A DNA stretch of 64,000 bases from positions 15,513-79,512 of the forward strand of contig JBGUDT010000005.1 in assembly GCA_041821665.1 (NCBI GenBank). The letters run 5' to 3'. Below the pieces are notes generated by a model. That model had not been told where the DNA came from and searched no databases. It saw nothing but the letters and a program-made list of their open reading frames with translations. Positions 28,962-37,886 of this stretch are shown one piece after another. The position numbers were made by a program, and so were the translations under genes. Numbering within the stretch: position 1 is the first letter of the stretch; each line of letters starts with the position of its first letter. The stretch is from Anaerolineales bacterium (GTDB lineage Bacteria; Chloroflexota; Anaerolineae; Anaerolineales; E44-bin32).

Positions 28962-29299
28962 TTGGGTTTCCTCCTTTCGTCAATTTTGAGAAAGAGAATG
29001 GGTTCTGTTAAATATCAAATACATATATAGCATAGCATTGGGGATCTCTACCATAACTTACAGGTTACTTTCAACATAGGGTGGTGTCGATGGCCCCCAT
29101 ATCCTATTAAACCTCTGGGGGGAAAATGTACTGGATCGCAGATCCGTCTTTGGATTGTGGAAAAGGTTCCACTGTCAACTTTATGGGCAAATGGAAGATT
29201 TGACAATTGGAGCTCAGACAAAGGGTGGTATCAGCTGTAGCCTTTATGCGATGAGGCGTATGTTGTTTAGAAATAAACGCCCCAACCTGAGGGTGTTAG

Positions 29300-29339
29300 G
29301 CTGAGAAAAGAGAACCCCCGACCCTTGCGAGGCGGGGGC
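29300..29339 (-). terminator. putative intrinsic terminator downstream of the lipoprotein gene
   Basis: A GC hairpin (cccccg...cggggg) is followed on the minus strand by 'ttctcttttctc'. Confidence 0.5.
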
Positions 29340-29362
29340 TTGGATCCATTCATCTTCTAGTT

Positions 29363-29770
29363 CTACTCTTGTTTTATGAGGTATTTCTCACCCATCAAAT
29401 ACATCCTGTCAAGACACTCATCTTCACCTAGACCAATGAATGTCAGATACCCATCATCGAATCTCCATCTATATGTTGCAGGTCCCGCTGGTATGCAACT
29501 TTGTCTGTCGGAACTTGTCTCAGTGTATTTATCCCCATCAATTACATAGGTTCCAGATATTCTTTGAACCCCAGCAGTATCGGTGACCGTGAAGGTCCCA
29601 TCATCGTAGAAATTGAACGTTACTCCATCGACCCCCCACCAATCCCTAGCCCTATAGTCCATGCCTAATGGCATAAAAAATTCTCCAGTTGGAAACTCAT
29701 TGGCGGGGGTACAACTGGCAATAGATAGGGATATTAAAAGATATACTGGAATATATAGAAGTTTTCTCAT
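29363..29770 (-). CDS. hypothetical small lipoprotein
   Basis: 135 aa with a signal peptide and lipobox 'LSIASC'. The composition is visibly AT-richer than the neighbours. I recognise no family. Confidence 0.6.
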   Translation of the reverse strand: MRKLLYIPVYLLISLSIASCTPANEFPTGEFFMPLGMDYRARDWWGVDGVTFNFYDDGTFTVTDTAGVQRISGTYVIDGDKYTETSSDRQSCIPAGPATYRWRFDDGYLTFIGLGEDECLDRMYLMGEKYLIKQE

Positions 29771-30134
29771 TGTATTCCCCTCCCAACATAAATAGCCCGA
29801 CCTCAGATGAAGTCAGGCATGGACGCAAGCAATATGAAATCCCGCAACGATGGTGGTCTGTGACGTACTTCACATAATACGTCATAACTGGTTGCACTTC
29901 AATAGAACAAACAATCGCCCCCGAAGGGGGGGTGAAAAAATTTAAAATTTCACGAACTCGCTAGCGGGTAATCGTGGATTCGATGATCAGAGGGGAGACG
30001 TAAGCCACTTGCCTATTTAGTATGAAGTCGTCATGGGCTTTCCGAATCTAGCGGTTTAGTTTTGGGATTAATCCAAACGAGCACACAGCAAATCTCCTTT
30101 TTTGAGTGCTGTATGCTCAAACTTCTTCTTCAGG

Positions 30135-30207
30135 TGCCGAGGACCAGAATCGAACTGGTGACACCTTGATTTTCAGTCAAGTGCTCTACCAACTGAGCTA
30201 CCTCGGC
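30135..30207 (-). tRNA. tRNA-Phe (GAA)
   Basis: The reverse complement is GCCGAGGTAGCTCAGTTGGTAGAGCACTTGACTGAAAATCAAGGTGTCACCAGTTCGATTCTGGTCCTCGGCA, with the anticodon loop CTGAAAA. Confidence 0.9.
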
Positions 30208-30319
30208 GCTGGGGGCGATTGTACTTTGCGGCAGAAGTAGTGTCAAGAACTTAATCAATTGCCACGCTGAAATCGTCCTCTTCGGTCTTTACCGTATTAG
30301 TTTCGAGCGATCTGGAATT

Positions 30320-31099
30320 TCAATCTGTTGACAGTCTCTCGATGGTTAATGCCTCTGCTTCAAGCCACTGGAGCTCACCCACCGGGAGGACCCCAAATCG
30401 AAGACCATCTTCCCTTGTTGCCACGGCGTATTGGTTGTCCATCCAGATGACAAAACCGAGCGGCCCACAGGGGGCAACCCTCGTCGACACCACGGTATCG
30501 CCGTCTACTTTGAATGTGAGCTCAGAAGGATGCCATATGATCTCGTAGGTGTGCCATGATCTCAGGTCCACATCAAGCAACGCCTCGGCGGCTTGAAGGG
30601 AGGCTTTGGCAGCATTCACAACGGGAGCTCGAATGAAGGGAATTCTCGATAAAACGATCCCCAATCCAGCAGCAGGGAGAAGTAGGGGAGCGGGGATTTG
30701 GGGTGAGCGCAGGACCATGGCTTTCCAACCGTATCCAGGAACTCCCGGGGTAAACGATAGATCATTAGGCTTTGATCCATAAAAAAACCAGGCAGTTTGA
30801 GGGGGTGCAGGGATCCGGCGTCCGGCGCCGCGCTGCCCAAGCGATATCGTGAAGGGATCATTCCAGAATCCAAAACCCAATGTGCCTTGTGGAACCTGAT
30901 GGGATACCCGTGCACGAAGAAACATTCTCAAGGGAGCATGCCACTTGAATTCCCCACGTCTTAGCTCGTGGTAATCATCTAACTGAGCGTTGCAATATTT
31001 AGAAGTCTTGGGAGGGAGTGACATCCTTGCGCCATTTTCTGAATATTGTTCGATGTTTCCCGCACCTTGTTCAAAGCTGATTAACGAGCTTAAGGGCAT
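30320..31099 (-). CDS. hypothetical protein, possibly concanavalin-A-like lectin/glucanase fold
   Basis: 259 aa. 'WHTYEIIWHPSELTFKVDG' and 'GFVIWMDNQY' resemble GH16/LamG-type jelly-roll strands. No signal peptide is visible. Confidence 0.4.
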   Translation of the reverse strand: MPLSSLISFEQGAGNIEQYSENGARMSLPPKTSKYCNAQLDDYHELRRGEFKWHAPLRMFLRARVSHQVPQGTLGFGFWNDPFTISLGQRGAGRRIPAPPQTAWFFYGSKPNDLSFTPGVPGYGWKAMVLRSPQIPAPLLLPAAGLGIVLSRIPFIRAPVVNAAKASLQAAEALLDVDLRSWHTYEIIWHPSELTFKVDGDTVVSTRVAPCGPLGFVIWMDNQYAVATREDGLRFGVLPVGELQWLEAEALTIERLSTD

Positions 31100-31280
31100 A
31101 GTGCATGTTTCCCGATCAGGTTAAACAATCATACACGGCCTGGATGGGAACCGAAACGGCCTGATCCCTAATCCCTTATCCCAATTCCTCTGTCCCAACT
31201 ATAAGCACCGCTGCCTGCCTTTTTTTGCTCAGCCATCTTGTCCTCGTGTATAATCGCTCGACTACGGTCCTGGAGGATAT

Positions 31281-31922
31281 ATGGAATTAACCTGGTATGG
31301 CCTATCTTGTTTCAGGCTCCTGGAGCGAGGCATGATCAGCGTCGTTACGGATCCCTACGATCCGGCAATCGGTTTGCCAAAGTTGGATTTAAAAGCCGAT
31401 GTTGTAACTGTGAGTCACGATGCACGCGGACATAATTTTGTAAAGTCTGTCAAGAGCACGCGCAGGATTATCAGCGGACCCGGGGAATATGAAATCGGGG
31501 GTGTCTTCATAACCGGTGTTCGGATGAGATCAAAGGAAAAAGATAACGGCAAAGCAAAAGCTAATACGCTCTATGTATTCAGGTTTGGAGACGTGAGCGT
31601 TGCGCATCTCGGTGATCTGGCGGAGGTTCCTTCTCAACGTCAGATCGAAGATTTGGGCGCCGTCGATATCGCCTTGGTGCCTGTGGGGGGGGGCGGGGCG
31701 CTCAGCCCTTCCCAAGCTGCAGAAGTGATCAGTCTCGTGGAACCATCCATTGTAGTGCCCATGCATTATAAGACCTATGAGAAAGGGCCGAATCTAAGGA
31801 CGGTTTCGGGTTTTCTGAAAGAGATGGGTATTGGAAAACAGGAGGCGCTTCCGACGTTGAAAGTGTCAAAAGGCTCGCTCTCAGAAGAAACACAGGTCAT
31901 CGTGCTCGATCCATCGAAGTGA
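31281..31922 (+). CDS. MBL-fold metal-dependent hydrolase (UPF0173-like)
   Basis: 213 aa with 'ELTWYGLSCFRL', 'VVTVSHDARGH' and 'VVPMHY', typical of the small beta-lactamase-fold hydrolase family. Confidence 0.7.
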   Translation: MELTWYGLSCFRLLERGMISVVTDPYDPAIGLPKLDLKADVVTVSHDARGHNFVKSVKSTRRIISGPGEYEIGGVFITGVRMRSKEKDNGKAKANTLYVFRFGDVSVAHLGDLAEVPSQRQIEDLGAVDIALVPVGGGGALSPSQAAEVISLVEPSIVVPMHYKTYEKGPNLRTVSGFLKEMGIGKQEALPTLKVSKGSLSEETQVIVLDPSK

Positions 31923-31964
31923 GGATGGATTTGGAATGTCAAACCGTATTGAGTGAGGTCGCGA

Positions 31965-32267
31965 ATGGCGGTTAAGTTATTAATGACCTGGGACATGGTG
32001 CCTGGTCAGGAGCAAGAATATTTCGAATTCTTGGTTCGGGAATTTGTCCCCGGGCTACAGCGCCTCGGTGTCCAGCCCGTCGAAGCCTGGTACACGACCT
32101 ATGGAGAAGGGCCTCAAATGCTGGCCGCTTTCATCGCCGAGGATCGAGAAATTATGACGAATGCACTAGACACAGAAGATTGGGCCAATTTAAAGCATCA
32201 GTTATTCCAATTCGTCACGGATTTCGATTCAAAAGTTATACAGGCGTCGGGAGGATTTCAGCTCTAG
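31965..32267 (+). CDS. hypothetical small protein
   Basis: About 100 aa from the ATG at 31965 (the ORF track starts at 31953). It is followed by a strong terminator. I recognise no family. Confidence 0.4.
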   Translation: MAVKLLMTWDMVPGQEQEYFEFLVREFVPGLQRLGVQPVEAWYTTYGEGPQMLAAFIAEDREIMTNALDTEDWANLKHQLFQFVTDFDSKVIQASGGFQL

Positions 32268-32290
32268 TCAATGGCCATACGTAATAAAAA

Positions 32291-32316
32291 GCCCTGGGTA
32301 GAACCAGGGCTTTTTT
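32291..32316. terminator. bidirectional intrinsic terminator
   Basis: The sequence aaaaa-gccctgg-gtagaa-ccagggc-tttttt lies between convergent genes. Confidence 0.75.
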
Positions 32317-32340
32317 CTATTAATATGGGCGTCTATAACC

Positions 32341-32628
32341 TCACTCGGGGTCACTTTTTTTGGGAGACTCTTTTACTTTCGTTTCAGGCTTGTCCTCGGA
32401 CTTGGTTTCTTTAGTTTCCGATTTTCGCGTGCTGGACCGCCAAGACGGGGAGCGATGGTCGGTCGAATAGAAGCCGGAGCCCTTGAATACGATCCCGACT
32501 GGCAGGAACACCTTGCGCAGCTTGTTCTTGTTACACTCCGGGCAGCGCTTAAGCACAGGATCGTCAAAATGCTGTTGGCGGTCGAACTGAACACCACAAT
32601 TTTCACAACGATACGTATAGATTGGCAT
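32341..32628 (-). CDS. FmdB-family zinc-ribbon putative regulatory protein
   Basis: The start 'MPIYTYRCENCG...CPECN' is the canonical FmdB/CxxC-CxxC ribbon. The C-terminal tail is K/S/E-rich. Confidence 0.75.
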   Translation of the reverse strand: MPIYTYRCENCGVQFDRQQHFDDPVLKRCPECNKNKLRKVFLPVGIVFKGSGFYSTDHRSPSWRSSTRKSETKETKSEDKPETKVKESPKKSDPE

Positions 32629-32805
32629 ACCAAACCTTCTTTCCTGCCATTATGAATTATAGTCGTCAGAATCCTTGGCATCAAGAGGTAGGGCATTAGA
32701 AACGCATATGCGTTTTATTAGCAACAGAGCGGTTACTTAGCAGTAGAACGGTTGCTCGGGAATCTTGAGGGTTGACCCGTAGGGCTTGCAGACGGTATGA
32801 TGGTG

Positions 32806-33226
32806 TCAGACATGGGTCGACCGGGCAATCGCAGGAGAGGCAGCTCTTCTGAGGAAAGTCCGCGCTCCACCGAGCACGGTGCCGGGTAACTCCCGGGCGG
32901 GGAAACCCGTGGAAAGGACCACAGAAAACGACCGCCTGGATGTCATAGACTTCCAGGTAAGGGTGAAAAGGTGGTGTAAGAGACCACCGGTGCCGGTGGT
33001 AACATCGGCAGCCAGGCAACCCCCATCGGGAGCAAGGCCAAGCAGGTTCATAGCCCGTTCGCGGGTGAGGGGCTGCTCGTTCCATAAAAGAACCGGGTAG
33101 GCCGCTCGAGCTCCACGGTAACGTGTGAGCCAAGATGGATGATTGCACATGTGAGCATCAAGATTGCCTTCGGGTGGTCACATCTCACAGGACAGAACGC
33201 GGCTTATAGGTCGAGACATGATCTGA
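32806..33226 (+). ncRNA. rnpB: RNase P RNA, bacterial type A
   Basis: Universally conserved blocks are present in the correct order: 'GAGGAAAGTCCGCGCTCC' (32851 onward), 'GGTAAGGGTGAAAAGGTGGTGTAAGAGACCACC', 'GGAGCAAGGCCAAGCAGG', 'GGGTAGGCCGCTCGAGC' and 'ACAGAACGCGGCTTATAGG'. The termini can pair as P1 (tcagacatgggtcgacc / ggtcgagacatgatctga). The ends are approximate to about 10 nt. Confidence 0.85.
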
Positions 33227-33229
33227 ACA

Positions 33230-33278
33230 GGCTTTCATAGACCAAACATCTATGGAAGCCTATTCTATTCTCATTTTA
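33230..33278 (+). terminator. putative terminator after rnpB
   Basis: A 12-bp hairpin (ggctttcataga / tctatggaagcc, with one G-U pair) is followed by the T-rich 'tattctattctcatttta'. Confidence 0.55.
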
Positions 33279-33397
33279 TCTTCTATCAACTTGATGAGGC
33301 TCGCTAGGTTGATGAAGGCGATGAAGCTGGTTAGAGGTATCAATTCTTTGTCTTTCACTCCCCGTCCGCCCCATCAAGGAAGAGGCACCCCCTGATC

Positions 33398-33608
33398 GTC
33401 CCCCACTGGGGGACTATAGGGGGGTAAATAGATAAATCAGGTTTATTGTTCGTGATGACGTTGACCCCGAGATTTCAATGACGTGGTCATCGCTCCACAT
33501 TTCTTATAGGGTGGATCGTGGGGCTAATTCGCCCACTGTCCCCCCGGTGGGGGGACAAAAGGGGTGGTAAATAGATAAATCATAAACGTCCTATGCGCTG
33601 ACGTTGAC
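33398..33608 (+). repeat. tandem duplicated noncoding module (two copies, about 140-143 bp apart)
   Basis: Copy 1 is the hairpin gtccccc-act-gggggac (33398-33414), then a G-run, then GGTAAATAGATAAATCA (33423-33439) and TGACGTTGAC (33456-33465). Copy 2 is the hairpin gtcccccc-ggt-ggggggac (33538-33556), then the identical 17-mer (33566-33582) and the identical 10-mer (33599-33608). Confidence 0.7.
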
Positions 33609-33703
33609 GCGAGAACTCGCTTTTAGACCTCATCCCCCGATTGCCCTCTCGATGGAAGACCCCTGCCACCCCATCCGAATGAGTACACGAGCCACTGAAC
33701 TAC

Positions 33704-33735
33704 GCCCGTGCTTCTGGCACGGGCTTTCTTCTTTT
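33704..33735 (+). terminator. strong plus-strand intrinsic terminator in the rnpB-mraZ spacer
   Basis: The hairpin gcccgtgc-ttct(g)-gcacgggc is followed directly by 'tttcttctttt'. The opposite strand has no T-tract, so it is orientation-specific. Confidence 0.75.
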
Positions 33736-34098
33736 AATTATAGATTTGCATCTTCGAGGGAAAACTAAGGATGGATCACCATTTGCTCGTCATTGATGCT
33801 TGCGTATATGCAGCAAGGTGAAACATCTCCCGAATACCCGGATAGCCACATTGGACCTGTTCAACTCATCGCGGATGTCGTTAGGAAGGTGCTGAGGCTG
33901 CACGCTCGAGGCTGATGGGCCGCGTTTACACTCGAATCAATCACAGGCAAACTGAGCTAAATTAGGAATTCATGGTTCTGCGCAACCGTCTGTGCTTCTG
34001 GAAATTACTGAACCGCTAATAGGAACAAAGTACTGGGTGGATTGTGTGCCCATTCGGGTTGCGCCGGTGGGGCGAAATCGTATATACTGTGTGCACTT

Positions 34099-34123
34099 GT
34101 GGGGGAATGTGGGAAAGAGTGGG
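34099..34123 (+). promoter_or_regulatory. putative MraZ operator: three GTGGG direct repeats with 10-bp periodicity
   Basis: The sequence GTGGGggaatGTGGGaaagaGTGGG has repeats at 34099, 34109 and 34119. It lies about 50 nt upstream of the mraZ ATG and just downstream of an AT-rich 'tatatact' (34081-34088) candidate -10. Confidence 0.6.
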
Positions 34124-34171
34124 GCGCCGGGCTTGACCGGCGTTTCGTTGTTTAGGAGAAATATAGAACAC

Positions 34172-34609
34172 ATGTTCCTTGGTCAATACACTCACAGCAT
34201 CGACTCCAAGGGCCGGTTGACCGTCCCGGTGAGATTTCGCGCTTCGCTTGCATCGGGTGCCTTTGTCACCCAGGGCTTTGAGCGCAATTTGATGGTTTAT
34301 ACCACAGAAAGCTTCCACCGGTTAGCTCAGCGTGCCACAACCTTGACAACCACAGATCCCGAAGCGCGCGCTGTACGCCGAGTAATCTTCGGGGGTGCGA
34401 CGGAAGTCCAATTGGACAGCTCCGGCCGCATCCTCATACCGCCTTTTTTGCGTGAGTATGCTCAACTCGATGCTGAGACGACGATTGTGGGCGCAGGTGA
34501 GTATTTTGAACTCTGGAACGAATCAGGTTGGCAAGACGAGTTAGGCGACGTGACGGATCCAGATATCAACGCAAGGCGGTTCATCGATTTTGACCTTTCC
34601 TCGGGGTAG
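34172..34609 (+). CDS. mraZ: division/cell wall cluster transcriptional regulator MraZ
   Basis: It begins 'MFLGQYTHSIDSKGRLTVPVRFR' (canonical MraZ N-terminus, SpoVT-AbrB repeat), with the second repeat at 'DSSGRILIPPFLREYA'. An RBS 'taggaga' is present. The ORF-track start at 33992 is an upstream over-extension. Confidence 0.9.
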   Translation: MFLGQYTHSIDSKGRLTVPVRFRASLASGAFVTQGFERNLMVYTTESFHRLAQRATTLTTTDPEARAVRRVIFGGATEVQLDSSGRILIPPFLREYAQLDAETTIVGAGEYFELWNESGWQDELGDVTDPDINARRFIDFDLSSG

Positions 34610-35566
34610 GTGATGGGAGCGTCCGATGACGTTGCCGGCACCGGTGGACACACCCCGGTACTTTACCAGCATGTGCTCGCTGCTCTTCCACTCCGAGCAG
34701 ATGGGCACTACATAGATGGCACGGTTGGCGCAGCCGGACACGCCTTTGGAATTCTGAAATCAACCGCTCCAAGTGGATCCCTGCTTGGCTTAGATCGAGA
34801 TCCCCATGCTCTTGGACTTGCTGCCGAACGTCTGTCGGAATTCGGCGCTCGCGCCTCGCTTCACCAGGCTTCCTTCGCTGAGATAGAAGAAGTTGCACAC
34901 AAATTGAACTGGCAAAACGTGGATGGGATCCTTCTCGACATAGGGCTTTCCTCCATGCAGCTTGAGGACGGCTCGAGGGGATTCTCCTTCCGGCTTGAGG
35001 GACCACTTGATATGCGGTTCGATCCAACACAATCGCTCACAGCAGAGGAACTGGTGAATACCACAAGTGAGCAGGCACTCACGAGCATTATCTCAAAGTA
35101 TGGCGAAGAACCACGCGCTCGAACGATTGCCCGGACGATCATCGCAGCGAGACCTTTGACATCCACGCTCCAACTCGCTGATGTCATAAAGCGGACTACA
35201 AAACGATCCAAGCGAGGCATTCATCCCGCTACACGGACTTTCCAGGCTTTACGCATCGCAGTGAACGACGAGTTGGATGCCTTGGAGCGGGGTCTTGAAG
35301 CTGCCGTTAGATTGCTTACACCAGGCGGAAGAATTGTGGTTATCACATTCCACTCACTCGAAGATCGGATTGTAAAACAATTTTTCCGTCAGGAGAGTCA
35401 GGATTGTATCTGTCCTCCCGAGTCATTGGAGTGCCGGTGTGGGCACAAAGCCGAACTACGGATCATTACAAAAAAACCAATCCGTCCGGAGGACGAGGAA
35501 ATTCAAAGTAATCCCCGCTCAAGAAGCGCAAAAATGCGGGTCGCAGAGAGGATCAAGCTGGCATAG
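34610..35566 (+). CDS. rsmH: 16S rRNA (cytosine1402-N4)-methyltransferase RsmH
   Basis: 318 aa with 'HTPVL', 'YIDGTVGAAGH', 'GILLDIGLSSMQLE', 'GFSF' and 'ITFHSLEDRIVK', all RsmH/MraW hallmarks. Confidence 0.9.
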   Translation: MMGASDDVAGTGGHTPVLYQHVLAALPLRADGHYIDGTVGAAGHAFGILKSTAPSGSLLGLDRDPHALGLAAERLSEFGARASLHQASFAEIEEVAHKLNWQNVDGILLDIGLSSMQLEDGSRGFSFRLEGPLDMRFDPTQSLTAEELVNTTSEQALTSIISKYGEEPRARTIARTIIAARPLTSTLQLADVIKRTTKRSKRGIHPATRTFQALRIAVNDELDALERGLEAAVRLLTPGGRIVVITFHSLEDRIVKQFFRQESQDCICPPESLECRCGHKAELRIITKKPIRPEDEEIQSNPRSRSAKMRVAERIKLA

Positions 35567-35609
35567 ATATTGCATGCCTCGCATTGAACACTCTGGCTGA
35601 GGGAAAAAA

Positions 35610-36062
35610 GTGCCGCGACGTAAGGAACAAGCGTTCAAACAAGCTCCCTGGCGGACGAAAGTAAGCATGACGGGGAGGACAGTGCTCCCCCTCATAGCCA
35701 TGCTGGTCGTGGGGGGCATGTACCTGGCCGTAAATTCCAGGCTGGCGAAGACAGGACAGCGGGTTCTAATTCTCCAGAATGAGATCGCAGAACTTCAGCG
35801 AAGGAATGCTGAGCTTACGGCGACTCTCGCGTCGCTCACGACACCTGACCTTATGTGGGAGAGAGCATTGGAACTAGGTTTTCATCCTGCTACAAAAGAA
35901 GAGGTTGAATACATCATCATCGAGAACTATATCCCGCCGGAAACTTTTGTCGCTCCTCTGCCTCCATCATCAGGTGAGACCCATCGATCTGGCCTTTCAC
36001 CAGCATATACCGAAACGCTGGGCGACTGGCTAAGCCGCTGGTTGGGCCTTGGTAGTGCATGA
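35610..36062 (+). CDS. ftsL: FtsL-like cell division protein (single TM plus coiled coil)
   Basis: 150 aa with a basic N-terminus, a TM helix ('VLPLIAMLVVGGMYLAV') and a heptad-like 'LQNEIAELQRRNAELTATLASL'. It sits between rsmH and ftsI and overlaps ftsI by 4 nt. Confidence 0.55.
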   Translation: MPRRKEQAFKQAPWRTKVSMTGRTVLPLIAMLVVGGMYLAVNSRLAKTGQRVLILQNEIAELQRRNAELTATLASLTTPDLMWERALELGFHPATKEEVEYIIIENYIPPETFVAPLPPSSGETHRSGLSPAYTETLGDWLSRWLGLGSA

Positions 36063-37879
36063 TGGTTGAGCAGCTTCCGAGACAACGGGTTCGTATTTTG
36101 CTCATGATCATGGTCATCGTTGCACTGGCCATGGTCGTTCAGCTTATACGGGTGCAGTTCGGTCCTTACGCTCCGGTTTTTGCCTCGTGGGTGGAGGCGG
36201 CCTCTGACACAGAGGATGAGGTCGAACCTACCCGGGGGCTAATCTACGATCGGGATGGAGATCTTCTGGCTACGAACGTACCCCTTTACTACCTCGAAGT
36301 CGAAACCTACCAATTAAACCCGGTCAGCATAAAGCAAATTGCGGGTGTGCTCTCTCGAGCGCTCATCCTTCCCTATGAGGATCTTTATGCCCAATTAAAG
36401 CGAGACTGGAAATCGCAGGGACAATTCCGTTTTCGCTTGACACGCGAAATCGCCGGTGGGGAACGGTGGCCGATCACGATTGATCAGATGGCTGCGGACA
36501 TGCTCAGGAGTTTCCTCCTTGACGCTGATGCACCCGACTTGAGCGGTCTCAAGACGGTACCAGCGCCAAAACGCGAATATCCCGCAGGAACCCTGGCAGG
36601 GCATGTGCTCGGATTTGTGAACCAGGAAGGGCAAGGATTCTTCGGGGTTGAAGGTTACTACGATGATTGGCTGGCAGGAAAACCCATCACCATCGAAAGA
36701 GGTTACATCCCTCTCGAAGCAAGGTTTGAGCCAGATCCACCAGCTGGAGTCAATCTCGTTCTAACGATTGACCTGGATATTCAACAGATGGTCGAAGAAA
36801 TTCTCGCAGAGTCGATTGAAAGCTCGGGCGCAGAAGAGGGTGAAATTATCGTCATGGATCCTCGCAATGGAGAAATCCTTGCGCTCGCAATCTACCCGCC
36901 GTTGGACCCCAATCACTATGAGCCCTGGCTTGAAGAACGAGGATTTGAAACTGAGGATCTGGAATTGGAAGAAGAAGAATTGGTCATCAATCCCGCGGTT
37001 GGAGGTCAGTTTGAACCCGGATCGACCTTCAAGGTGATCACCATGGCTTCGGCGTTGGACGCGGGTGTGGTCACACCTGAAGATGAGTTCATCGATGAAG
37101 GGCAAATCGAAGTTGGCGGCATCCGGATCCGGAACTGGGATGGAGGCGCTTGGGGCCCTCAGACGATGCAGGGCTGCATGGCGCACTCGTTGAATGTGTG
37201 TTTGGCCTATGTGGCTTCTGAAAAGCTCGGAGCATCTTTTTTCTATGATTACCTCGACGCATTCGGAATTGGAAGCGTCACCGGGATTGATGTTGCTGGA
37301 GAAGTATCCGGACAACTGCGCACACCGCGCCATCCAGAGTGGACCGAGGCGGATTTGGGCACAAATGCCTTTGGACAGGGTGTTTCTGTGACACCGATAC
37401 AGCTCCTGGCAGCAGTCGGTGCGATTGCCAATGATGGAATCATGGTGCAGCCGCATGTGGTCAGAGCAGTCGTGGGATCAGAAGGACCCTACTGGCCCAA
37501 GCCCACGGTTCTGGGTCGGCCGATTTCAAGAGACTCTGCAGATGAATTGACTGCAATGCTGACAGAGTCTCTCCAGGGCGAAACGAGCCTTGCATCTGTC
37601 GAGGGCTACGACTTGGCCGGAAAGACGGGCACGGCTCAGATACCGGCGGAACATGGCTATGACCCGAGATGGACTATCGCATCATTCGTAGGGTGGGGGC
37701 CTCTGCCGGAGCCGGAATTTATCGTGCTGGTCAGAATTGACAAGCCGGAGATATCACCCTGGGGGTCCGTGGTCGCAGCGCCGATTTTCAGGCAAGTCGT
37801 AGAACGATTGGTCGTGATGTTGGAAATACCACCGAACGAGGTCAGGGAGGATCTCGTTCAAACAGATGAGAGTGGATAG
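36059..37879 (+). CDS. ftsI: penicillin-binding protein 2/3 class B transpeptidase (FtsI-like)
   Basis: 606 aa with an N-terminal TM helix and a PBP dimerisation region. The transpeptidase motifs are 'STFK', 'SLN' and 'KTGTA'. Confidence 0.85.
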   Translation: MMVEQLPRQRVRILLMIMVIVALAMVVQLIRVQFGPYAPVFASWVEAASDTEDEVEPTRGLIYDRDGDLLATNVPLYYLEVETYQLNPVSIKQIAGVLSRALILPYEDLYAQLKRDWKSQGQFRFRLTREIAGGERWPITIDQMAADMLRSFLLDADAPDLSGLKTVPAPKREYPAGTLAGHVLGFVNQEGQGFFGVEGYYDDWLAGKPITIERGYIPLEARFEPDPPAGVNLVLTIDLDIQQMVEEILAESIESSGAEEGEIIVMDPRNGEILALAIYPPLDPNHYEPWLEERGFETEDLELEEEELVINPAVGGQFEPGSTFKVITMASALDAGVVTPEDEFIDEGQIEVGGIRIRNWDGGAWGPQTMQGCMAHSLNVCLAYVASEKLGASFFYDYLDAFGIGSVTGIDVAGEVSGQLRTPRHPEWTEADLGTNAFGQGVSVTPIQLLAAVGAIANDGIMVQPHVVRAVVGSEGPYWPKPTVLGRPISRDSADELTAMLTESLQGETSLASVEGYDLAGKTGTAQIPAEHGYDPRWTIASFVGWGPLPEPEFIVLVRIDKPEISPWGSVVAAPIFRQVVERLVVMLEIPPNEVREDLVQTDESG

Positions 37880-37886
37880 AGGGAGA

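Noticed and set aside
32696-33150. Two long minus-strand ORFs (150 aa and 114 aa), plus a plus-strand 73-aa ORF.
   Set aside because: They lie entirely over the plus-strand RNase P RNA, whose conserved blocks are unmistakable. The translations are low-complexity and Arg/Pro/Trp-rich, as expected for GC-rich RNA genes.
33398-33608. Possible CRISPR-like array or attachment-site repeats, suggested by repeated GC hairpins.
   Set aside because: There are only two copies, about 140 bp apart, with no regular repeat-spacer periodicity. No cas genes, integrase or transposase lie nearby. I kept it as a tandem noncoding module instead.
33992-34171. The N-terminal 60-aa extension of the mraZ ORF given in the ORF track.
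   Set aside because: The canonical MraZ N-terminus 'MFLGQY...' starts at the ATG at 34172 and has its own RBS. The extension would also run through the GTGGG operator and promoter region.
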